IMG/VR virus record: IMGVR_UViG_3300020416_000001
Span: 107,757-171,756 of that record
Source of the DNA: a virus
Strand: one strand, 5' to 3'
Length of the DNA stretch: 64,000 nt
Numbering within the stretch: position 1 is the first letter of the stretch; the number at the start of each line of letters is the position of its first letter. Under the pieces are notes generated by a model that made no database searches, was not told the DNA's origin, and was given only the letters and a program-made list of their open reading frames with translations. Of the stretch, positions 56,692 to 64,000 are shown one piece after another. Position numbers and translations under genes: made by a program.

Positions 56692-56750
56692 ATAGTACGT
56701 TACCCTTACTGGGTAGTACAAAACACATTACACACTAAAACACTAAACAA
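56678..56750 (+). promoter_or_regulatory. gp32 promoters and A/C-rich leader
   Basis: TTGACA-17-TACCCT with nested CTAAATA; G-free ACAC/AAAC leader before the ATG. Confidence 0.6.
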
Positions 56751-57686
56751 ATGGCATTCGCAGATCTTAAGAAAAAGTCTGGTTCTTTCGCTAACCTGAC
56801 TAAAGAAATCGAAAAGATGTCCAGTGGAGGAAAGAAGGTAGATGAACGCTTCTGGAAACCACAGGTAGATAAAGCAGGCAATGGGTTCGCTGTAATCCGT
56901 TTCCTCCCAGAGTCTGAAGGAGCAGAACTTCCTTGGGCACAGGTTTGGAGTCACGCATTCCAAGGTCCTGGTGGTTGGTACATTGAGAACTCTCTCACAA
57001 CCCTTGGTCAAAAGGATCCTGTCTCTGCACTTAACTCTTCACTTTGGAACTCTGGTAACGAGTCAGACAAAGACACAGCACGTAAGCAAAAGCGTAAGTT
57101 GTCTTACTACAGCAACATCTACGTTGTCAAGGATCCATTGAATCCTGAGAACGAAGGCAAGGTATTCCTTTACAAGTATGGGAAGCGTATCTTTGACAAG
57201 ATTATGGCAAAGATGCAACCCAACGAGAACGACTACGATCCAGAACCCGCATTCAATCCTTTCGATCTTTGGAAGGGTGCTGACTTCAAGTTGAAGATCA
57301 AGCAGGTTGCAGGTTACTGGAACTATGATGATAGTTCTTTCACTACACCTAATACATTGGGTGGTTTTGATGATGCAAAACTTGAGGAAATCTATACATC
57401 TGCTCACGATCTTGCAGCATTCACTGCTCCAGATCAGTTCAAGTCCTATGAAGAACTTGACACTCGTCTGAAGTCTGTGCTTGGTCCTAAGACTGCTGCT
57501 CTTAGTATCGATGAGTCACTCGAAGATGAGACTGCAGGACGTGGTTCATTCAATGCTCCTGACATCACATCTGCATCTCCTGTTGCTGCTGCACCTAACT
57601 GGTCAGAGCAAGTGTCCGCTTCAACAAGTGGCACAACAGAGGATGACACTCTCTCATACTTTGCTAAACTAGCAGAAGAAGAGTAA
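56751..57686 (+). CDS. gp32: Single-stranded DNA-binding protein
   Basis: DERFWKP, AVIRFLP, WYIEN, NYDDS, acidic C-terminus LSYFAKLAEEE. Confidence 0.96.
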   Translation: MAFADLKKKSGSFANLTKEIEKMSSGGKKVDERFWKPQVDKAGNGFAVIRFLPESEGAELPWAQVWSHAFQGPGGWYIENSLTTLGQKDPVSALNSSLWNSGNESDKDTARKQKRKLSYYSNIYVVKDPLNPENEGKVFLYKYGKRIFDKIMAKMQPNENDYDPEPAFNPFDLWKGADFKLKIKQVAGYWNYDDSSFTTPNTLGGFDDAKLEEIYTSAHDLAAFTAPDQFKSYEELDTRLKSVLGPKTAALSIDESLEDETAGRGSFNAPDITSASPVAAAPNWSEQVSASTSGTTEDDTLSYFAKLAEEE

Positions 57687-57693
57687 AGAACCT

Positions 57694-57987
57694 ATGAAAA
57701 AGATTGCCATTGCACTCCTTGCACTAACCATTGCATCACCTGCGATGGCATCCCACAATCATAGGAGGTTGAGGAGTGGTGACTTTGAGGTAAAACCCTC
57801 ACACTGTGTCTTCGATAAAATTTTTGACACGTGGAACTGTTGGTACACACCAGTACCTAAGCGTAAGCATTACCACCATCATCATTATCACAGGGATTAT
57901 TATCGTACTCCTTGGTTCAGACCTAATGAACATAACGAACACGGTGTTCCGTGTTATTTCTACAAGAAAGACGGTTGGTGTTTCTAA
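57694..57987 (+). CDS. Exported His/Tyr-rich small protein
   Basis: Signal MKKIAIALLALTIASPAMA; HYHHHHYH; four Cys. Confidence 0.7.
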   Translation: MKKIAIALLALTIASPAMASHNHRRLRSGDFEVKPSHCVFDKIFDTWNCWYTPVPKRKHYHHHHYHRDYYRTPWFRPNEHNEHGVPCYFYKKDGWCF

Positions 57988-58229
57988 CCGTATAAAGCAT
58001 AATCTAACGCACGTTTGGCGGTCGTCTTAAGTTTAGGACGTCGCCATTCTGCGTATGGAATGGTCACTAAAAATCCTAGGAGGTCTCCGTCTGGTACGTC
58101 GGGAACTCCTACTGGTTCTACAAAAAATATACCTGCGTGTGCTACTGTCTTCCAACCTATATCAACAAAACCTAACTGCCGAAGGGCGCACTCTAACTTT
58201 AGAGATTGACAACCTTCAATGTATAACAC
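57984..58229 (-). CDS. Hypothetical protein
   Basis: 81 aa, coupled to the gp53 stop. Confidence 0.55.
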   Translation of the reverse strand: MLYIEGCQSLKLECALRQLGFVDIGWKTVAHAGIFFVEPVGVPDVPDGDLLGFLVTIPYAEWRRPKLKTTAKRALDYALYG

Positions 58230-59245
58230 TAGTATCCGCCTCCATAATATCCACCGCCACCACCATAGTATCCTCCACCTGAGGAACTAGATCCTGAGGA
58301 ACTACTTGAACCACTGCTGCTACTGCTACTGCTACTACTGCTAGAGGATGAAGAAGAAGATGTGTTATCAACATCACCACTACCAGTCTGAGTTCCAGTG
58401 TATGATGTGTCTCCACTGCTTGTTGTGCTACCTGTAGATGATTCACCAGTAGATACTGTTACAGTCTCCTCAGTTGCAGTAGAAGATGCTGATGAAGAAG
58501 TGCCACCACCAGATGCAATGAGTGCTGTAGATGATCCACCACCACGTGCTGAACCAGTTGATGCTGTGCTCTGACTTGGTTTCCTGTAGTTTGTAATACC
58601 AATGAACTCCTCTGCCAATGTGGTAGGGGTTTTTTTGTTGCCATTGACATCAACTTCATCGCTAGGTAAGTATTTGCACAATCTTCTGAACTCATTGATA
58701 AAATCATCCACGTAAGCACCACGTAGTAAATGTATGTTACGTTTATATTCATTCTCTTCGTCCATCTTCTGAAAATAACTGATGGGTGAGCGAGACATAT
58801 TCTTGGGCATTAAAGTACCGTCTGCTTTTACATACTGATAACTCTCATTGACCTCGATACCCTCAGGCATAATAATATTATCGTTCTGATCTCTAATCTC
58901 TTTGGTTTCGTAGTGACTGATTGCATCAGCAGTACCATACTTGTCAGTGCATACCTTGAACATCTCATCCCTTGTCAAGGGCCATTCGTTGTTCACATTG
59001 ATAATGTTGTTGCACAGTAAAACAATCCAGTCCAAACCAGAATCACCATACACTTTCTTGGCAATCATATCTGGACGTTCACCTTCCTTGATAGAATACT
59101 GTGTGAACCCTAGCAGTTGACCGACAACTTTATCTCTGATCTTGATACGACGAAAGATATTGACAGTCAGTTCATAAGGATGCGTTCCATTTAAGAACGT
59201 TCTATTTCTAACGAAGACGTTAGGTAGGTACTTGAAGTATGCCAT
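58229..59245 (-). CDS. gp53: Baseplate wedge protein with Ser/Gly-rich tail
   Basis: YFKYLPN, NIFRR, GERPDMIA..YGD, WIVLLCNNI..EWP, ENEYKRNI. Confidence 0.88.
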   Translation of the reverse strand: MAYFKYLPNVFVRNRTFLNGTHPYELTVNIFRRIKIRDKVVGQLLGFTQYSIKEGERPDMIAKKVYGDSGLDWIVLLCNNIINVNNEWPLTRDEMFKVCTDKYGTADAISHYETKEIRDQNDNIIMPEGIEVNESYQYVKADGTLMPKNMSRSPISYFQKMDEENEYKRNIHLLRGAYVDDFINEFRRLCKYLPSDEVDVNGNKKTPTTLAEEFIGITNYRKPSQSTASTGSARGGGSSTALIASGGGTSSSASSTATEETVTVSTGESSTGSTTSSGDTSYTGTQTGSGDVDNTSSSSSSSSSSSSSSSSGSSSSSGSSSSGGGYYGGGGGYYGGGY

Positions 59246-60333
59246 TAAAATCTACCCTCTGGGAACATATCGCTTGTAAGGAACTGAGTTTCTTTGAATG
59301 TAAGAGACATACTGTATGCAACAGGACCATAGTCCCAATTATTATCAGCAATATCTCTCAGTGTATTCATAAAGTTATCAGGTGATGTATTCAACTCAAG
59401 ATTCTCAAGCACAACCTTAGCAGGGAATGTGTGAATCTGTTTGAGGTATCCACCATCGCCAGTGATTCTAAGATCCTCACCAGTCTCAGTTTCTTCTGCC
59501 TTTACACGAACAATACCGAGTCTGTAATAGTGTGGGATGTTTAGGAACCTAGCATTGTTTAGAGTCTCACCTTCTTTTGTGCTGAGAAGATCTGACGCTC
59601 CCTCTGCTGTTGCTTTTGTATCCTCATCATTACTATTTAACGCAGTGCTAAACATATTTTTGAATGCATCCTCATTAGAACCAGATAGTGCAGGGTGCAT
59701 CGAGAAGCGAAGGACTTGGAAAATTCTTAGTGCTTCTTTTGCTTCTTTTGAATTACGAGGTGCAATCTTGAAGGTGAAGTTATGATTTCTAAACTGTACA
59801 CCTTTGAATGTTACCTCTTGATAAGGGTTGAATATTTTCTTCGTTGCGATAGCAGACAGAGCGTTACCATCAATGCTTCCTGCCGTACCTAGAGTAGAGT
59901 TAACTGTACCAATGGCAGATGATATTGAGTTCATCAAGAACTCTGGTTTCAATGCTCCTGCTGTCTTTTGTAATGTATCTACTACATTATCTTGAGTAAG
60001 ATTTGACGCACCTTGTAGAGCACCAAGACCTGCAGCACCCAAGGTTGTTTCATTGTATATTGCAGTATAACTTTCTTTCAAACCTGTAGGTAAATACAAG
60101 AACACATTACCTACCAGTCCACCTTCATTATCACCTGCTTTATTCGGTGACTGTACAGGTTTGCCTCCCGCGCCTACATAGGTGTATGGATTACCACCTT
60201 TTTGAGGATCGTGAATAGAAATTTTAAGATAGTCTACGAGTTTAGTCGCATAGGTATCTTCACTATCGATGTTTCTCCTGCTAGACAGGACATCGTTAGG
60301 CAAGGTTCTTGGATATACTAAGGGTGTTGTCAT
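59245..60333 (-). CDS. gp48: Baseplate tail-tube cap
   Basis: LYLP, FNPYQEVTFKG..RNHNFTFKIAPRN..EA, LTFKET. Confidence 0.85.
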   Translation of the reverse strand: MTTPLVYPRTLPNDVLSSRRNIDSEDTYATKLVDYLKISIHDPQKGGNPYTYVGAGGKPVQSPNKAGDNEGGLVGNVFLYLPTGLKESYTAIYNETTLGAAGLGALQGASNLTQDNVVDTLQKTAGALKPEFLMNSISSAIGTVNSTLGTAGSIDGNALSAIATKKIFNPYQEVTFKGVQFRNHNFTFKIAPRNSKEAKEALRIFQVLRFSMHPALSGSNEDAFKNMFSTALNSNDEDTKATAEGASDLLSTKEGETLNNARFLNIPHYYRLGIVRVKAEETETGEDLRITGDGGYLKQIHTFPAKVVLENLELNTSPDNFMNTLRDIADNNWDYGPVAYSMSLTFKETQFLTSDMFPEGRF

Positions 60334-60771
60334 ATGACTCAGAAAAGTTACTCGGGACGATTCAGACCTAGTTACCCAGGGAAATATAAAGGGGATCCTA
60401 CAAACATTATTTATAGAAGTTTGTGGGAACGTAAATTAATGGTGTGGTGTGACAGGAATGAGAACGTCATTGAGTGGGGTTCTGAAGAGATAATTATCCC
60501 TTACATATCACCCATTGACAATAGAATACATAGATATTTTCCAGACTTCTACATCAAAGGAAAGACTTCCTCTGGCACTACTAAATATATAGTGGAGGTA
60601 AAACCCAAGGCACAAACTCTTCCACCTAAAAAAGGTAGGAGGACGAAGAGATTATTGAATGAGATTGCTACCTACGGAGTCAATCAGGCGAAGTGGAAAG
60701 CAGCACGTGAGTATTGTGCAGATCGTAAGATGAAATTTATGATACTCACAGAAAAAGAACTCAAAGTATGA
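60334..60771 (+). CDS. gp4: Head completion nuclease
   Basis: KYKGDPTNIIYRSLWE, WGSEE, HRYFPDF, EVKP, NQAKW. Confidence 0.93.
   Translation: MTQKSYSGRFRPSYPGKYKGDPTNIIYRSLWERKLMVWCDRNENVIEWGSEEIIIPYISPIDNRIHRYFPDFYIKGKTSSGTTKYIVEVKPKAQTLPPKKGRRTKRLLNEIATYGVNQAKWKAAREYCADRKMKFMILTEKELKV
60408..60415 (-). promoter_or_regulatory. Late promoter for gp48/gp53 embedded in gp4
   Basis: TATAAATA on the minus strand. Confidence 0.55.
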
Positions 60772-61223
60772 GCGTCTATCAAGATCTACGAGACCTAGCA
60801 GACTATAAAGCACAGGCACCATCGTGGTGGAGGAGTCAGTTGTTCTTCTACCTTGCAGGTCGTGGTGTGGATAGTCCTGCACCTGGGTTAGCAGTACAGT
60901 TCCAATACACTGCAGAGTATGCAGAGAAGTATAACTTTTGGGACAGGTATCCCTTGGTCTATGTGATAGGTGAGTCACCGACACACTTTTGGGGTGCCAA
61001 CGTGCACTATCTACCACCTCAAGCACGGGTGTCAGGGTTCACACCAACACCACCTCCCGTTACATTGCATAAATATTTAAGAAGTAATGTTTTATCTCCC
61101 TATTACAACATTGAAAACTCTGAGTGGGCAGATATTGGTTTGATTCCCTCTGAGGAATTTGTTACCACTGTTAATGGTAGAAACATACCAGTACCAACGT
61201 CGGCAGTATTAAAGAGACTCTAA
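60768..61223 (+). CDS. gp2: DNA end protector protein
   Basis: WDRYPLV, FWGANVHYLPP, LHKYL. Confidence 0.78.
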   Translation: MSVYQDLRDLADYKAQAPSWWRSQLFFYLAGRGVDSPAPGLAVQFQYTAEYAEKYNFWDRYPLVYVIGESPTHFWGANVHYLPPQARVSGFTPTPPPVTLHKYLRSNVLSPYYNIENSEWADIGLIPSEEFVTTVNGRNIPVPTSAVLKRL

Positions 61224-61942
61224 TGTCATACGCAGCACCTAATTCATTTACACAGTTCAAGGACCTTGTTGCTAGAGGTGCTTGGGAACCGACACGTGGT
61301 AACCTGTACTCTGTGGAGATTGGATTCCCTGCTTGTTTAGGATCTACTGCACTTGGACCTGGGATCCCTTATGACAGAGAGTATTATGATGCTGTAAGTT
61401 ATTTCGCTGATAATATTACTGTACCTTCTAGAAATCTTACCACTGGTGACACACAAAACTTTGGTATTCAGAGATCATATGTGACAGGTCAGACACCTAA
61501 TGAGTTAGCAATATCATTCTTAGTTACCAAGAATCTATGGCACAGACGTTACTTTGAGACTTGGATGCAAAGCATCGCACCTGATAGTGAGAACAGAGTA
61601 TGCTTCTACGACGATTACATCTGTGACATCCTTGTCAGAAAGTGGGAGAGAGGATCTAATTTCCTCGTGAAGAGTAAAGTGAGAGGACAAGAATACGAAA
61701 CTCGTTTGAATAAAGCGACTGGTATCTGGAGATTTACAGGAGCATACCCATTCAATATGGGTACAATGAATCTTGGTAACCAGTCATCAGATATTCTTAG
61801 ACTAGATATTCAATTTAAGTTTGAGCGTTATAGATTTACTACCAAAGAAAAGATCGCAGGTGGGTGGACTAATGAGAAAGTTATAAACAATGTCGATAGT
61901 GTCCTAGATAGTAATGACTTTAGCACCTTTGTGGGCGTCTAA
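61223..61942 (+). CDS. gp54: Baseplate tail-tube initiator (tube fold)
   Basis: NLYSVEI, ITVPSR, FETWM, AYPFNMG, IQFKFERY. Confidence 0.75.
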   Translation: MSYAAPNSFTQFKDLVARGAWEPTRGNLYSVEIGFPACLGSTALGPGIPYDREYYDAVSYFADNITVPSRNLTTGDTQNFGIQRSYVTGQTPNELAISFLVTKNLWHRRYFETWMQSIAPDSENRVCFYDDYICDILVRKWERGSNFLVKSKVRGQEYETRLNKATGIWRFTGAYPFNMGTMNLGNQSSDILRLDIQFKFERYRFTTKEKIAGGWTNEKVINNVDSVLDSNDFSTFVGV

Positions 61943-61972
61943 ATACTTTTACTGAATTGTATATTTTACACA

Positions 61973-62677
61973 ATGCCTTTACCTAAACTGAGCATTCCAG
62001 ATTATGAATGCGTTCTTCCTCGTGGTCAGAAGGTTACTTACAGACCATTCCTAGTAAGAGAAGAGAAACTTCTTTACCTTGCTATGGAGACACAGGACAA
62101 CAAGGAAATGATCAAAGCGGTGAAAGAGATCATCAAAGCGTGTACTAACATCAAGAAACTTGATGACCTTGCTACATTTGATATTGAATATCTGTTCCTT
62201 AAAATCCGTGGTAAATCTGTAGGTGAGGTGAGTGAATTTAAGATCACTTGTCCAGACGATGAGAAGACACAGGTTGATGTCGAGGTAAATCTTGATGAAG
62301 TACAGGTACAGATCCCTAAAGATCATACCCCAATCCTCAAGGTTAGCGATGACGTCACAATCACTATGAAATATCCTTCATTGGATGTGTTTGTGAAAAA
62401 TAATCTAACTGATAACCCAGGTGTAGACGATCTATTCAAACTTGCTGCTAGTTGTACTGAAAGTATTGCTGAAGGCGAGGATGTATATGAAGGAAAAGAT
62501 CATACAACTAAGGAACTAGTTGAATTCTATGAAAATATGAACTCACAACAGTTTCAATTAGTTCAGAAGTTCTTTGAAACTATGCCTAAACTGTCACATA
62601 CGATTGAAGTTTTCAATCCTAAGACAGAAGTTACATCACCTATCGTTCTCGAAGGACTCGCATCTTTTTTCGCGTAG
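61973..62677 (+). CDS. gp26: Baseplate hub assembly protein
   Basis: MPLPKL, YRPFLVREEK, FDIEYLFLKIRGKS, FFETMPKL, EGLASFF; late promoter CTAAATA 61939. Confidence 0.9.
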   Translation: MPLPKLSIPDYECVLPRGQKVTYRPFLVREEKLLYLAMETQDNKEMIKAVKEIIKACTNIKKLDDLATFDIEYLFLKIRGKSVGEVSEFKITCPDDEKTQVDVEVNLDEVQVQIPKDHTPILKVSDDVTITMKYPSLDVFVKNNLTDNPGVDDLFKLAASCTESIAEGEDVYEGKDHTTKELVEFYENMNSQQFQLVQKFFETMPKLSHTIEVFNPKTEVTSPIVLEGLASFFA

Positions 62678-62697
62678 CCCTAGCGCACGACTCCTTG

Positions 62698-62871
62698 ATG
62701 AATATGTTTGAGACTAATTTTGCTTTGATGCAACATCATAAGTATAGTCTCACTGAACTTGAAAATATGATGCCGTGGGAACGAGATGTTTATGTGAACC
62801 TTCTTATTCGCTACTTACGTGAAGAGGAAGCAAGACAACGCCAACAGGCGGGACAACATCAATCACTTTAA
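62698..62871 (+). CDS. gp51: Baseplate hub assembly catalyst; possibly expressed by frameshift from gp26
   Basis: TNFALMQHHKYSLTELENMMPWERDVYV. Confidence 0.85.
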   Translation: MNMFETNFALMQHHKYSLTELENMMPWERDVYVNLLIRYLREEEARQRQQAGQHQSL

Positions 62872-64000
62872 TGGCAAAATCAGCACCCAAGTTAAAGATA
62901 AGAAACTTTCTTCCAGTTAGTACCGCAGGTATTGACAAGATGGATCCTGCTCACTCGTTGACTACAGCAGTCAACAGACTTGGTGATACTGTTACTGATC
63001 TAGGCAAAATAATTGTCAACACACATCAAGCGAGGTTGGATGCTGCATTTGCAGTGCAGGGAAGAAAATCCCTTGCACAAGACAGGGCGAGAGAAGCAAA
63101 GATAGAAAAGAAAACATCAGAAGAGATTGATAATGAAGGTAAGAAGAGAGGCATAGGAAGATTTGGAAGTGGACTGTTTGGTTTCCTAACACCACTACTA
63201 GAACCGTTGCTCAAGTTTGCAGCAACTATAGGTACGTTCTTCGCACTTGACTTCCTATCGAAGAAAGAAAATAGGGAGATGATAACTAAAGCATTTACTT
63301 GGATCAGTAAATGGTTAGGACTGGTGTGGAAGACGGCATCGTTTGGATTCAATCTTATATACGACGGGTTGTTTGACCCAGATGGTAATGACGGACCCAT
63401 AATCAGGGTGCTAAAAGTTATAGGGGGTATCGCTGCGCTCAAGGTCGCGAGTAGGATTTTAATGCCCTGGAAGTTAGCAGGTGATATAGGAAAACTGTCT
63501 AAACTATTCAGAGGTAACAGAAAGAGTAGTGTAAGGCAGCAGCAAGTGAAGATGGATAAAGAACGCTTCTTTAGAGGTAAGAGAGATCCCAAAGGAGTTC
63601 GTTCTGGAAGAACATCTAAGTTAGCAAGGCAGAGATATGCCAGAAGATTTGGTGGTAATGCTGCTAGAAATAGATTTGCAGGAAGGATAGCAGGAAGAGG
63701 ATCATTCAAAGGAATGACTGGTATGGGTCGTTTTATGCGATCTGGTGTTGGTGGAGGTATATTTGCAGGTGCACTTTCATTTGGATCACGACTCGCTGCA
63801 GGTGATAAGATGAATGTTGCAGCAGGTGGAGGTATTGGTGCCACTATTGGTACAGTTGCTACTACTGCACTTCTAACACCAGTTCTAGGACCTTTTGCAC
63901 CTATTGTTGGTGGTATCTTGGGTGGATTTATTGGAGATAAGATTGGAGCATTCATTGGAGAGGCAATAGAACCTGTGCTTGCTCCTCTTGGTGATTTCTT
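62871..64000 (+). CDS. Baseplate hub / tape-measure-like protein, 3'-truncated by window
   Basis: Open frame from ATG 62871 (MAKSAPKLKIRNF..) to the window end; helical, Gly/Ala-rich hydrophobic repeats; follows gp26/gp51. Confidence 0.75.
   Translation, partial: MAKSAPKLKIRNFLPVSTAGIDKMDPAHSLTTAVNRLGDTVTDLGKIIVNTHQARLDAAFAVQGRKSLAQDRAREAKIEKKTSEEIDNEGKKRGIGRFGSGLFGFLTPLLEPLLKFAATIGTFFALDFLSKKENREMITKAFTWISKWLGLVWKTASFGFNLIYDGLFDPDGNDGPIIRVLKVIGGIAALKVASRILMPWKLAGDIGKLSKLFRGNRKSSVRQQQVKMDKERFFRGKRDPKGVRSGRTSKLARQRYARRFGGNAARNRFAGRIAGRGSFKGMTGMGRFMRSGVGGGIFAGALSFGSRLAAGDKMNVAAGGGIGATIGTVATTALLTPVLGPFAPIVGGILGGFIGDKIGAFIGEAIEPVLAPLGDF

Noticed and set aside
63026-63955. 309 aa minus-strand ORF
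   Set aside because: Antisense shadow of the Gly-rich tape-measure-like gene, which the track missed because it has no stop in the window
1-64000. Alternative genetic code or stop-codon reassignment
   Set aside because: All three stop codons end core genes at expected lengths

Overview
The window is a 64 kb segment of a T4-like cyanomyovirus (marine Prochlorococcus/Synechococcus myophage), gene-dense and almost all on the + strand. It covers the replication and recombination core (gp47, gp46, gp45, gp44, gp62, regA, gp43, uvsX, gp41, gp61, nrdA/B/C, rnh, thyX, gp33, gp32), auxiliary metabolic genes (cobS with a vWA partner, hsp20, mazG, talC, four hli, psbA, phoH, six 2OG-Fe(II) oxygenases, dam), a block of probable capsid-internal proteins, one tRNA-Arg(TCT), and the start of the baseplate/tail module (gp53, gp48, gp4, gp2, gp54, gp26, gp51, partial tape-measure/hub gene). 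Structured RNAs recognised by eye are manA-like, tandem Downstream-peptide (glutamine-II) riboswitch, PhotoRC-II-like and a ROSE-like hsp20 leader. The main leads are: (1) a nitrogen-sensing cassette in which a 56-codon ORF is nested inside the second glutamine aptamer, under an NtcA-like box and ahead of a DUF4278 peptide; (2) a likely -1 frameshift fusing gp26 and gp51 just before the tape-measure gene; (3) near-total avoidance of RGCY, CATG and CCGG, reaching even the tRNA; (4) a 7-gene convergent late envelope module with a TolC-like half repeat; (5) Glu-punctuated candidate polyproteins with T4-type capsid-targeting N-termini; (6) RpaB/HLR1-like boxes at the hli and psbA promoters. All family calls come from motif recognition by eye; no searches or counts were run.
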